This document shows, one piece after another, positions 1 through 12,700 of a stretch of 64,000 bases of DNA (positions are counted from its first letter, which is position 1; every line of letters begins with the position of its first letter). A program made the translations under genes and the position numbers. This stretch comes from Octopus vulgaris (taxonomy: Eukaryota): NCBI GenBank assembly GCA_951406725.2, contig OX597821.1:10850001-10914000 (forward strand), written 5' to 3'. The notes under the pieces were generated by a model. That model saw only the letters and a program-made list of their open reading frames with translations, had not been told where the DNA came from and did no database searches.

Positions 1-124
1 ATATGAGATCGTGTGCTGGAACGAAAGAAATTGAAGCGTGTAAGGTGTTTATAAGCCATTTAAGAAACAAACAAAAACAATTAGATTCACTTCAACATTT
101 AAATATAATTTGCCACAATATTTG
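1..124 (-). mobile_element. Penelope-like 3'-end (pLTR) fragment, family A, cut by the window edge
   Basis: Clear similarity to 9475-9575 and to the reverse complement of 8470-8560 (gagatcgtgtgctg..aaggtgtttataagccatttaagaaac..attcacttcaacatttaaa). Confidence 0.6.
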
Positions 125-441
125 TGAGTATGGGGGATGTCCGTATCTTTGTATGCCAGATCAGATCGTGCACCTTTAAGCGTGGTTAAATATTACGGAT
201 CGGTAATAATGCTGCCTCGGTCGCTAATATATAAGCATATATAAATATACGTTTGTATAAACATGCACACGAACATGCAAGATTGAAGTTTTCTTTTGGT
301 TTAATCGCCTTTCAATAACTTCCTAAGACCAACCGTCTAGCTTTTGTAGCATTCGCTAAACTTCCGATCGTACGCGGAAGTGCATAACATGTATAGGTGT
401 AAGCACATACACTCATTTACATGCACCTATATATGCTAGCA

Positions 442-491
<50 letters not shown>

Positions 492-536
492 TCAATAAAT
501 GGTGGGGTTGTGTTGACCGCACGTGGAGAAATGATA

Positions 537-706
537 AGTAAGGAAAAATTTTTTTAAAAATGCAGAATGCTCAAATGAAAGAAAATTTTAATAAAATGAG
601 AAAATGATAAAATATATAAATATATATTTATATATTTTATCATTTTCTCATTTTATTAAAATTTTCTTTCATTTGAGCATTCTGCATTTTTAAAAAAATT
701 TTTCCT

Positions 707-710
<4 letters not shown>
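537..710. repeat. Perfect 174-bp palindrome with no spacer, between (TA)n tracts; probably a folded-back Penelope-like 3' end
   Basis: 537-623 is the exact reverse complement of 624-710; the adjacent gcacgtgg..ataag motif resembles the end of the Penelope element at 16855-16880. Confidence 0.9.
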
Positions 711-745
<35 letters not shown>

Positions 746-1050
746 TATATACATATATGTGTGTATGTGTGTGTGTGTGCGTGCACGCGTGTGCTATTGT
801 AAAAAGAACACGTGTCGAATGTCCCATGCAATCGGACAGAACTCGAAACGCTGTTGCAGCCACACATATACGCGTCCGGGCAATGAAGTGCAAAGCAAGG
901 CGGAAACGTTTCTATACAAAGTTTTCAAGTTTGGTTACGTGAAACACAGAAATCTCAGAAATTTCTCAGCTTCCATAAAACTAAGTAAAGATATCGCATT
1001 TTTACCTGCCTGCGTGCCTCTACCCATCTCTCTCAAACTCTTTCCCTTAA

Positions 1051-1102
<52 letters not shown>

Positions 1103-1400
1103 GTATGTTTGTATGTATGTAAGTATCCATTCACATTCGGCCATTTTCGATTGGCGGACTGATTTCGCATTTACATGCATTTGTATTTATATCAATTGTT
1201 TATAAGTGAAAGCGACAAAAATTTAGCGGTGAGGTTTAACACGTGGAAACGGATGAAGTTACGCTACATACTGTAAACTATTTACATCTGGTGCATGTAA
1301 AGCAGTTATACATGCATTACATACATACATCGTTATATATGTGTTTACCTACATATATTGCACATATCGTTACGTATTCACATGCACATAATCTTTCTTT

Positions 1401-1444
<44 letters not shown>

Positions 1445-2650
1445 CAAGCGCAAACGCGCGAAAACACAGACACATAAATTTGTCTGTGTGTAAGTATGTG
1501 TGTATCGTTTATCTCTTTCTGCGTGCATATATTGAGCGTTACGTCATAAAAGTATCAATAGATACAAGAGATATAATATGTATTTCTTTGAAACAGATTA
1601 ATTTCCAAGTTATCGTGTATTTACATTTAAAGGGTTCCGGCGTCAAATTGAGCATTACATTATTTGTAAACTTTTTTTTAAATGATTTCCGATTGATAGG
1701 GTATAGTTTATTTTATGCAGTTTATTTATTGCAATTATTGCAATTATATATTGCATATGAGATTGCTATTGAGAAATAGTCCATTTTGTGGCAAGCACTT
1801 TCGTAGAAATAATTTGACACAAATGCACTGAAACGAAGAGAAATGAAAGAGAAAATACGATCGAGTTTGCTTGTTCTGATAAGTTCTAATTAAATAACAT
1901 TTCATATATGAATCGCTTTCTGATGTTTCCACTATCTAGCACTCGAACGGGGTTTTTAAACATGCAAAGTTTGTATCTGGGCGATAAATGACAAAATTAA
2001 ATGCGCAGCAGTGAAAACATTGCATTGTTTTTTATGCCCTTTACACAACTTGATCAAACCACGTCGGCGATTTGAACTGAAAAGTTGGCAATATAAAAGG
2101 AGCATTACGTGATCAAGTACTGCAGAAATTATTATCGAGTGCTCACTATGACAAAAATATTTTACCTTGTGATTATTTTGTTAATAATTTTGAGATAAAA
2201 AGAAATTTCGCTAGAATAAAAAGAAATTAAAAGATGCTGTATATATTGTATATAAAATATAACATATATTAGTAATATATAAGACAAAATAATTAATGGT
2301 ATTTTATTATTTACAGAATCTCATATTAAACACAATATCTGTAGATGTAATAGCATTAGCTGCAGTATTTGAATGGATTTGTTCTTGACTCTTTTCGTCG
2401 AAGTGGCAAGCACAAGTTGTAACCATCAAGGAGATGGGCAATTAGACAAAATCTAAGACAAGTAGCATCTAATACTAATATATGTGTAGGTCTCCACAGT
2501 TATGTCTGCGTCAAACATACCAGAGGCTTAGGGGAATTGGTGAAGTTATCGCTATTGCTATCAAATGTATATTAATGTTAATAATCTTTGCGTCTGGGGA
2601 AAGACATTTTCTTCTTTTGCCTTAGTCGGAAAAATTTCTTCATACTATAC

Positions 2651-2822
2651 TGGGGCACCGCATTGAATTTTCAGTTGAATGAATCGAGCCCAGTACTTCT
2701 TTTTTAAGCTTGGTTCGCATTCCATCGATTCCATTGGCGAAATGCTAAGTAATGGCGATGGAAAGAGAACGATACCGGTTGTCTAGTGGTGTTAGACAAA
2801 AACACAGACACACACATAGGTG

Positions 2823-2854
<32 letters not shown>

Positions 2855-2863
2855 GTATATCTG

Positions 2864-2918
<55 letters not shown>

Positions 2919-2991
2919 GTATATCTGTATATATATATACATATGTATGTATATCTGTATATATATATACATATATATATATATATGTATA

Positions 2992-3044
<53 letters not shown>

Positions 3045-3198
3045 GACTAATTACTTTCAATTTCCCTCTATCAAATCCACACACAAGGCTTTAGTCGCCC
3101 CGATGTTACCTAATAATACAACTGTCCAAGCTGGGACTGAACCTGAAACCATGTGGTTGGGAAACGCAAGCTTCTTACCAAAAAGCCAGTCCTGCGCC
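2651..3198 (-). mobile_element. SINE family S1 (tRNA-derived, central TA/CA tract), decayed
   Basis: Reverse-complement match to the full copy at 58230-58660 (aaatccacacacaaggct, gggactgaacctgaaaccatgtggttgg, cctgcgcc). Confidence 0.7.
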
Positions 3199-3256
3199 TA
3201 TATATATATATATATATATAAACAGACGCACACGCATACACACACGTACACACACT

Positions 3257-3302
<46 letters not shown>

Positions 3303-3865
3303 CATACATAAATACATACACATATACATGTACGCATACGCCACGCATTCATACACACACATGCACACTTGAAAGGCGAGGTGCATCGAGCAAATAAGAG
3401 AGACGCATTAACGAATTGTGTGTTGATTACATGTTTGTTTGAAACGTGGTTATTATCTTCTGACACGTGTTCCAAGTGATTTCCATTCTGAAGGCGTGTG
3501 AAAGGTGATACATCTCTATATTTGTAATAGACTTGTAATTGTTAGTTTATATCTAAGTGTTTTGCTTGTCTACTGGTTTACCTGTTGCATTTGTTGATTG
3601 GCAGTTATATTTCTGCTTCTTTGTTGCATTCGAAAAGAAAAAAAAAACTAAAATACATTGAGTTAAAGCAAAGTCTATAGTAAAATAATAGACGGATCTG
3701 GAATGAATAATTAAACAAAAAAAATAAACGCCTCATAAAAGCTTTCCAATGCAGATGCAATAATTATCGCAGCAAATCAACATGTGCAAAAGGCAAAAAT
3801 TAAATTACAAACTACCACATTACATCATACACACCACAACATATATGTACATAACTACCGACCTA

Positions 3866-3912
<47 letters not shown>

Positions 3913-4057
3913 GGATTTCCTTGAAGGTGTAATGTAACAAGTCACATTTATTCCGTAGCAAATAAGTTTATTATGTTAAAGCACCGACGGTTCAGCAAAT
4001 GTGTGTGTACACACGAACGCGCACACACATACACACACATACATGCATGGGTGTATC

Positions 4058-4112
<55 letters not shown>

Positions 4113-4544
4113 GTTACTCTTCCGGTAAAGTAATATCAACAAAAATGTACGCCATCTGGTCAGAGATAAACATTGCTTAATGAACACAGTATATGTTACG
4201 TTGTGCCGAAAATAATGGCGGCTCTAAGTCTTGTGTTTTAAAACGCAATCTTTATCATACTATTTTAATTATATCTTAGATGAATTTCGACATTCTTAAT
4301 AATCGTTGTATGCTCTTTAATAATTTTCTACGTATTTCAGGCAGAAAATATTTTTGAAGCGTAGGCGTTCTTAATTACGAAGATGATAATAAAGCACCTT
4401 CGCTTACTTTTCTTGCGTGAGTTCAAGCTTGGGCAAAATGCCTCCCAGAATACTGTCAATAACAACAGATTCCAATAGAAATGTAAGATGAAGGAAAAAA
4501 GAAAAATCGTCTGCGATTCATATATGGCTACATATCTACATATA

Positions 4545-4800
4545 TTCTATTCTTTTATTCGTTTCAGCCGTGTAGATCTGGTCAGGCCGGACCACCATAG
4601 TTGTTTTCCTGACTTCCTCTGGCTGGCGGGTTCCTTAAAAGTCGTGTATGTGCCTTTGTACCAACTGTTGTTCCATTTGGTGCATAAGGGACTTGGATTC
4701 TATTGTACGTCCCTGGATTCATCTGTACCTCAAGGAGGGTTGTTGATGATGAAAGGGCGATATCTATTTCCGTTTTGACGGCATCGACGTCCACACTATG
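4545..4800 (-). mobile_element. 3' end of a CR1/L2-like LINE (ORF2 C-terminus plus tail)
   Basis: ORF VDVDAVKTEIDIALS...GGPA* resembles the xVDxFKxxLDxxL C-terminus of CR1/L2-group RTs; it is followed by a ctgaaacgaataaaagaa tail like that of SINE S1. Confidence 0.5.
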
Positions 4801-4828
4801 CAGATATGTTAATTTTTGTGGCAGATAT

Positions 4829-4918
4829 TGATAGATAGAAAGACAGACTGATAGATAGAAAGACAGACTGATAGATAGAAAGACAGACTGATAGATAGAA
4901 AGACAGACTGATAGATAG
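4829..4918. repeat. 20-bp minisatellite (tgatagatagaaagacagac) x4.5
   Basis: Exact tandem copies visible. Confidence 0.95.
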
Positions 4919-4937
4919 TCTAATATATATATATATG

Positions 4938-5170
4938 CTTTTATTTTTTACTTGTTTCAGTCATTTTAATTTGGCCATGCAGGAGCACCGTCTGAAACAG
5001 TTTTAGTTGCAGAAATCGATCACAACTCTTATTCTTTTTAATCCTAGTACTTATAATATCAGTCCCTTTTGCCGAACCACTAACTTCTTGGGGACATATG
5101 CACACCAACAATGGGTGCCAGGCGATAGTGGACACACACAAACAAACACACAGAGACAAACACACACGCA
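4938..5170 (-). mobile_element. SINE S1 3' half
   Basis: tacttgtttcagtcatttt..ggccatgc..gagcaccg..cctagtactta..gccgaaccactaa matches the S1 tail. Confidence 0.7.
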
Positions 5171-6049
5171 TAATACATACATATTTATCTGTATGTGTGT
5201 CTTTTTTCTCTATCTGAATGCGTAACTGTAAAAAGTTTACGTTGGTTGTTAGTAATCATTGTGAGACTCTATAACAAGAGCACGCAACTACATGCTATGC
5301 ATATGGAAATGAAGTAATATTCTGCAGTCCAATAATCGGACAGCAATTTTTATAAAAATCAACAATGAAACATCATTCTTATATTGCCTTCGGAAATACT
5401 ACATAGCTTATACTGAACATATGATTGTGATACGCACTCAAAATGGCTACCACATTATGTTATACGCCCTGTCACATTATTAATCGCTTCTTGTTACAAA
5501 TTATGGTGGAAGTATGTGATAGAAATGGGTATGTCATAATTAGAATCTGCTAACGCAACCATAAAATATGCTCTCAGTAGCTGTATAATAGGTAAACCGA
5601 TGTAGCATCACCGAGCTTTCACGTTGATATAGAATTTGCTGTTGAGAAATGTGTGAAGTTGACTTGAGAGTCTGATGTACTAATCAACAACATCAATGCT
5701 GATGATCGTGTTTTTTTCGTAACATCCAGTTTCTCGAAGGAATACCATTGAAAACGTAACTTAACTGAAGCATGTCCAACTTGAATGAAAATAGGTAAAC
5801 CCCTATCAGAAATATGTAGAATGCACGCTGATTCGTTTGGACCTGACGTACTTTTCACACATTTTATCAATGCTGGCCTTAAGAATCAGACTTTGTAGTG
5901 ACATTTCAAACATTAATAATAATACGGTCATAAAAGTGACAGCCAATGCAATTTTTTTTTTTTTTTGTATGGCTGGATAGACGTTTCAAACAATATCTAG
6001 TAAGCCATGATTTTGACTTTGCATATCTCAGTATGTAGACAACAATCTG

Positions 6050-7000
6050 GCCAGGAGAAATGTTTCATACATTGATGAGTGGATGAGTGAGGAATGCAAA
6101 ATGATAGTGACGGAGCATATAAGCAGCTCCAACTACATGCTACACTTCTAGATACAATAGTAAAAAGTAAGCTTATCTCAATAAAGTATTATGGAGAGAG
6201 GATTTCACCCTCGTGAAAAAATCGAATTTGTGCCTATAATAATCACGCTATAGTAAACTTTGTCGAACACATTTGAGATTAGGAAGGACAGGGCTATATC
6301 GGAAACTACCAAAATTAGCATATTTTTGGTGACACAGTACTAGGAATTAAAAAGTGAGACCACTATTTCAGCCCTTAGAACGGTAAAGGCGCCCTCAGCA
6401 CTCACACACTTTCTGTGATAACGCATTAGTACATAAGGACTAATATTCTTACGTGGCAGGCACTATTGTTCTTAAAGATCAAGGTTGAGTAAAACGGTGT
6501 GTAAGCAGTAATTTAGATTTAAATGCTCGAGTAGAGTTACTACAGTAAAATAAAGCCATTCGGTCTTTACCAGCTAGAAAAGTTGGTATCATTGCCTTCT
6601 CTTAGCTACTTAACTTTTTGCAATTACCTCGTGCCTCAAAAGCTTGTTGCATCTGCGTTCAATATGTAGTGGGCTAAATAGTCACCTTTATTCGTTAAGT
6701 TTACGGAATTCTGGATAAAGCTGAACAGCGTCGGTGTCTGTTGATGACGCACTCCTTGACACAACTTTTCTGGCTTAATTATACCTTCCAAGGTGTTTCT
6801 GTATAAGCCAATGGTTAACTTGGAAGGTATATTTGTCCTTTCTAACAATATCGGTGCACACAATCAAGCTCTTATAAGTTTGCTTAAACTTATTTTGGAT
6901 ACGTTTATTTGACATATGATGCTGCTTACTGTTACAACCCTGCATCGAAAAATGCATTCACCTTAACAGGTGATGAATAAATTCCCATTTATGACTGACG
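6050..7000 (-). mobile_element. Highly decayed non-LTR RT fragment (RTE-like)
   Basis: ORF 6636-6863 has NIPSKL..LYRNT, QGVRHQQTPTLFS (~GVRQGxxxSPxLF) and ILNAD (~LYADD); boundaries uncertain. Confidence 0.45.
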
Positions 7001-7699
7001 ATTCAGTTCATTTATCTAGGGATGGCTTCCTTGGGTGCTTCCATGATATCCTCTCATAATTTTTTAATGAAACGAATTTTTGAACGATTGGCCCCAGTGC
7101 TGTTGCCGATAGGAATATAAACTCTCGAATCTTATTTTCGATGTAAATTCTACGTTTTCGTAAAAGTATTCACTCGTCAGCATCATTCGGGATCAGGAAC
7201 CGTGGTATTTCTTCTATGTGCTGGTTTAATATTGATGGATGCGTGTACATATATTTGCATAAAAAATACGCAGACTTGCAACACAGTGACATAAACACAT
7301 GCACTAGTCACTGCATTCTGAACATAGTCAGAGGTTTTGGGGGTATATTTTGGCGTCCAAACCAGTGCCTTCGACTGGTCATTGTCTCCTCTTATTAAAG
7401 ATTAATAATTGATAAACGTAACATGGTTCGCAATTGACCGTACCATTATATCCAAGATGAGTGAAAAATGGATGTGAAGAATGAGGATAAATGTTTACTT
7501 TCTCGCATCCCACATGCTCAATTGTACCTTATAATTCTAAGACACAGAGAAATTAAATGATGGATCTTAACATATTTCACCTAAATTCACTCTGTTGTTT
7601 CTGTCTTCGAAGATGAATGGAGGGGGGTGGGAGAGGATCAAACAGGTCTAATGAAGACATCTAAACTCAAATACATACATATATATATATATATATATA

Positions 7700-7866
7700 G
7701 CAACTACACACAGTTTTCTCTCTTTGTTTCTTTCTGTGTTCCTTTTTGTGGAAGAACGTAGGCTCGGAACTTAAACGACTTTTTCAATTCCCGAGCGTTA
7801 TACTGATACATCTGTTTGTTTACTACACCATCTGTCTTCGTCTTGTGTTTCGTGAATTCTCTCGCT
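7700..7866 (+). mobile_element. Penelope-like pLTR fragment, family B, with a decayed hammerhead motif, between (TA)n tracts
   Basis: gaagaacgtaggctcggaac..ttcccgagcgtta is homologous to 51750-51930(-) and 36263-36482. Confidence 0.55.
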
Positions 7867-7923
7867 ATATATATACACGTACATATATAAACATATAACT
7901 ATATCTATATGTGTATATAAATG

Positions 7924-7991
<68 letters not shown>

Positions 7992-8424
7992 CATTTATAT
8001 ACACGATAACAGTAATGACGGTAAGTATATGTAAGTGTATGTTTGTGTGTGTGTATGTGTGTGTGTGTTTGTGTGTGTCTGTGTCTCTGTGTGTGTGTGT
8101 GAGTGCGTGTGTATGTGTGTACCTTGTGCAGAGAAGACGGAAAATAAAAAAAGAGCGCGAGAGAATATGGTAGAAAGGCAGACAGAAAATAGTTTATTTT
8201 TCATTGCGAAGAAGATTTTTTTACTCAAAAGCGTATGTAAAGCAGCAACGCATTGCTGCGCGAATGTGCGCAAAATTCTCATTTCCTCTCACTCTGTAAT
8301 TATGAGACCATATTCCCAAATGGGAAATTATTATTGCTACTTACTGATTGAATTCATTTCCGAGTCATACCAGGCATTCACTGAAAAAATACCATCTCCG
8401 TCATCTCTAAAGTAAAAAAACAAA

Positions 8425-8590
8425 TTGTAAATTTTGTCAGTGAACAGGTCGCGGTCTCAAATCGACGAAAATAGTTTGACAAATTAAATTTAAATGTTGA
8501 AGTGAATCTAACACTTTCCACGCTGCAATTGTTTTCGTTCCAGCACACGATCACAGATCAAGTCACTCGCTATGCAAGTACATCTCCGTA
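8425..8590 (+). mobile_element. Penelope-like 3' end, family A, ending in (TA)n
   Basis: Homologous to 1-124 and 9441-9690; ends catctccgtaa(TA)n. Confidence 0.65.
8433..8483 (+). ncRNA. Candidate type-I hammerhead ribozyme with variant core GUGAACA (G3-C8)
   Basis: Stem I tttgtca/tgacaaa, core GTGAACA, extra g, stem II gtcg/cgac, GAAA, short stem III, then UU. Confidence 0.45.
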
Positions 8591-9364
8591 ATATATATAT
8601 ATATATATATATAAGCAAACCATCCACTAACAAATTATCGAGAACAGAGTAGTAACTATATTAAAATGTAAAGTCAGTCGCCACATCAATGTGACTGATA
8701 ACCTTCTAGAGGATGGTAGGTTTTAGCTGCCTTAGCTAACAATGTGTATTGTATATAAAGGTTGCAGAGTCGCACCAGTTACAAACTGGCGGAGAATCTG
8801 CCTATGGTTAAACTAGTAGTAACATGGAGGAGCCACTTTGCAGAAGACATTATGAATGAATTTATAGCTTCTTACTACGCTACTGCTCTAGCAATCTGTA
8901 GGCTACGTGTTAAGATTATTTAGAACATATATTCAAATTTAATAATAACTTTGTTTCGTTGACATTTTCTTTTCACAGATGTAAATGGAAATGCTATTAT
9001 TTTCTTGCAGTTATCTTTGTATTATATTGCTATCAGAAGGTGTTTGAGTGGCGGAATTTGCTGGATTACAAATGAAAAAGGATACACATTTTCCTACCTT
9101 GTTTCTACATTGTTGTTCACATTCCAACCATACAGTATTTGCCTTTCATCATTCTGGCAATAATAAGATTAGTCACCAGTGAAATATTGGCCATGAATTA
9201 GTTGGCAATCAAACAAATTTTTCCTAAATTGTGGTCTTGTAATACAAATTAGATGTTTATATTTTTTTACCACAATACAGTTGATTGGTAAAAACATTGT
9301 CTGTCGACAAAACTCACTGCTTGGGAAATTCTGGTGAACATGATTTCTTTTGGCTACATAAAGT

Positions 9365-9395
<31 letters not shown>

Positions 9396-9408
9396 GTGTG
9401 CGTGTGTA

Positions 9409-9439
<31 letters not shown>

Positions 9440-9440
9440 T

Positions 9441-9689
9441 ACGGAGATGTACTCGCATAGCAAGTAATTTGATCTGAGATCGTGTGCTGAAACGAAAACA
9501 ATTGCAGCGTGGAAGGTGTTTATAAGCCATTTAAGAAACACACAAAAGCCGTTCGATTCACTTCAACATTTAAGTCGCGGATTTTAGCGACGAAAATATT
9601 TTGACAAATTAAACTTAAATGTTGAAGTGAATCGAACGGCTTTTGTGTGTTTCTTAAATGGCTTATAAACACCTTCCACGCTGCAATTG

Positions 9690-9690
<1 letters not shown>
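9441..9690. mobile_element. Fold-back Penelope-like family A element inside a (TA)n tract
   Basis: Perfect 78-bp inverted arms 9498-9575 / 9613-9690; the central region holds the 3' half of the hammerhead (gtcgc..gcgac GAAA atat tt tgacaaa). Confidence 0.75.
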
Positions 9691-9747
<57 letters not shown>

Positions 9748-12700
9748 GTGTGTGTGTGTATGGATATACACAATATATATATAAATCTTTTTGTGTATAT
9801 ATATATATATATACGAATATAGTGTTTTTTGTGTATTTGTGTGTACAACAACAATGTATACATACAGAGATAGTTATTCAAAATATGCATTAACGCTTAA
9901 TGCCGTTTGAAATTAGATGTGGATATAAAGAGTTATATTTTGATACTCTTGATGTTTAACGACGTGCCTGTGATGATAGAGCATTGAAATGATGAAATAA
10001 GTTCCATCTATAGTCATTTTGCAGACAGTGTAAGCGGGAAGCCATTATAAAATGCTTTCTTTATGTTTAGAAATATATTTCCCAATTAATCCTTATAAGT
10101 TGAGTAAAATCCTTGAAGCTCATTCATTTGTGAGAATCATATATTTTAAACAGTAAAGTTGATGATGAGTTAAATGAAATAGATGATTTATAAATAATTC
10201 CCGATCTCCAAGCGGCGGATTATTTGCTTTGTAAATCAAGTAGAGTTTCGTATATAATATATAGTGAGTTGGAAGTTTTTATTCACTGAGATTACTCTTG
10301 AAAATATGCAACAAATTCTGCCAGAAAGTATTTAAAATCTGAGAACCCAGACAAGGGCGACGACGCTAATATATTCCATCGATTTTTCTTACTATTCAGA
10401 AAGGAGTGTGAATTTACTGAAGCAGCGATTATTTATCCAGTTGTGTCTTTAGGTTATAATATAAGTTCATGATAATTTCAGTTGTAATGTAATTTGAGAA
10501 CTTCCTCACTGAAGACATATTTTGAATTACTTGAAGCGTTTATGTGTGATGTTGTGGAGGTCCCAAGGTAAGTTAAGAGAAGGCAAAATTACTTATTAAA
10601 CGGGAAAGCTTACTGTTGAATCTCTTTCTGTTCCGGAAACATAATTGATTGTAGGAGTAGTGATTGTCTTTTTTTAACTTCCGTTTGTGTTGGGGAGTTT
10701 TTTGTTTTAATTTATAAAGAGATCTACTAAGGCATATATAGCACTTGTCTCCCTCAGTTGCCTTATATATGAAAGTTATACTTGTGATTGAGCTACTACA
10801 GTCTTTCTCTCAACACATAATTATTTCTAGTGATATTTTAGATGGGCGCTGCATTGAATTTGTTAATGTTATTTACAAATGCTTACAAGATATATACGCT
10901 TACGAATGATTCCTGAGGAATAGCAATAAAACCTCTCATAAATTACACATTACTGATTTACATGATGGAAGAAAGCATTGGGTAGTATAATCCGCAACAC
11001 AGTATATCTAAAAGGTGAAGGGTTAGGTATGGTTGGATTGTCTTTCTCTATCAGGATACCCAATTATTTCTGACATCAGGGTAAACAACAGCAATACATG
11101 CAAGTTTTACAAATCTTACGTTTTCCAAATTAACAATTTGATTTACTGTTAAAATACGATAGTTTTATTTAGCCGTTAGAGAAACGAGTATTGTGGGAGA
11201 TTCTGGGGATATGATGATATTCTTATCCCTTTATCCCCTCTTATACTCTGATTATCTTTAAAAAGGTTGTGGTTTGTTTGACACTCAATGCATGAGTCAT
11301 GTCAGATATTGGTAGTAATAGTAACTTCTATAAACCAACCCAGACAGGTGTGACACGTGTCATCGAGGGCTCGAATTTATCATTTTCATGGCATTATTTG
11401 TAGAAACCCTAGAATACAGAAATGGAGCTACCCGATCACTGGTAAGATCGGGTGAAGTGTTGTGAAGTGGACGAAACATTTAAGTACGTAGTATTAATCT
11501 GGGAAGTATTTTTAAATTTAGGTTACTGTACGACATAATTTACTATCAACAAATCTCAACATTTTACAACTTTTAGGTTATGAACGCAGTATAATTAATA
11601 AAATGAGACTCAAATGGAATGCTATGGTCATTATTGACCTTTTTATAGCGAACCTTTCTATACTGAGCTTTTAAATCACTCAGTTCGTGACAGCCATCTT
11701 ATCACACAAATGTTTATGATTTAGTATAAAATAGTCGGTCGATATTGTTGCTTTTTTTTTCTTTTTACCGTGTTTTATTTAAACAAGCCCATGATATTTT
11801 AGCGTCTCCTCCTAACTCCACGGAAATCAATATATTCTTTTCTCTCCCCTTATTATATAACCAGTTTGTTGATTTTATAGAGGAGACATTTATTTTGTGA
11901 GATTGATGTAATCACCACGGAAACTAGTGATTACAGATAATAGAATATTACATAAATTCTTTATGTTTCAGATAAGATCTGATAGATATAACTGATGTTA
12001 TTGTTAAAAACTTTTCACGATGAATAGATTTAGAAGAATGAAAATGAATTTTGTTTCTGTGCTATCTCGAATAATGTATTCCTGTGATCTCATTTGGGTG
12101 TGTTTCTATAATATGTATTCGTTGAGAAGTTGTTTATAATTAAAAAAAAAACTGGTGATTATCTAAATTTGAATGGTCACAGTAGGTTCTTTTGTTAAGG
12201 AAATTCTGATATTTAATGCCTTAGTCAATGAGGAGAAAGCAGCCAGCTCTTATTAACTTTTGCTCGAACTTCCGATTCAGTTCAGGAAGATCGGGCAATA
12301 AAGCACGGCGATGTGTTAATGAAGGAGGAATTGGATCCGAGTTCAAGTCAGCTTCAGATCAGTTTGCAATTGAGTGGATCCGTTAAAAGCATCCAATGGC
12401 GGTAAGAATATTAAGCTACATAAAGAACGAGTTCTAATATCCAAGAACACTTACAGTTAACAAACTTGCATTAATAATGGTTTCTGATTATATCTAATTT
12501 TTTTCTCAACCAGCTTTGGTCGATATATCTCAGACAGATATATCGAAACTGGAACGAAAATTTACGCAAGCAAAATTCTTGATCACATATTCATTCATAG
12601 CACCTTTTCTCTTTTTATAAATACATGAACCGCACAGAAGTTTACACAAAACTGACAGAGTAAGAGAAATGTGAGAAATCCATAAAAATTGCTAAACATT

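Noticed and set aside
1715-1860. Strong minus-strand acceptor (long polypyrimidine tract plus cag at 1828-1829) followed by AATAAA
   Set aside because: All three frames stop within about 35 codons and no product is recognisable; a terminal or non-coding exon cannot be excluded
4829-4918. Regular repeats as a possible CRISPR array
   Set aside because: Contiguous minisatellite without spacers in a eukaryotic context
8750-9045. TATA-like box and a plus-strand acceptor followed by signal-peptide-like MEMLLFSCSYLCIILLSE
   Set aside because: The donor is weak and overlaps a decayed SINE head; no supporting downstream exon
10480-12410. Good plus-strand donors at ~10567 (aag|gtaagt) and ~12400 (gcg|gtaaga) with short open frames
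   Set aside because: No convincing acceptor/frame combination or recognisable peptide
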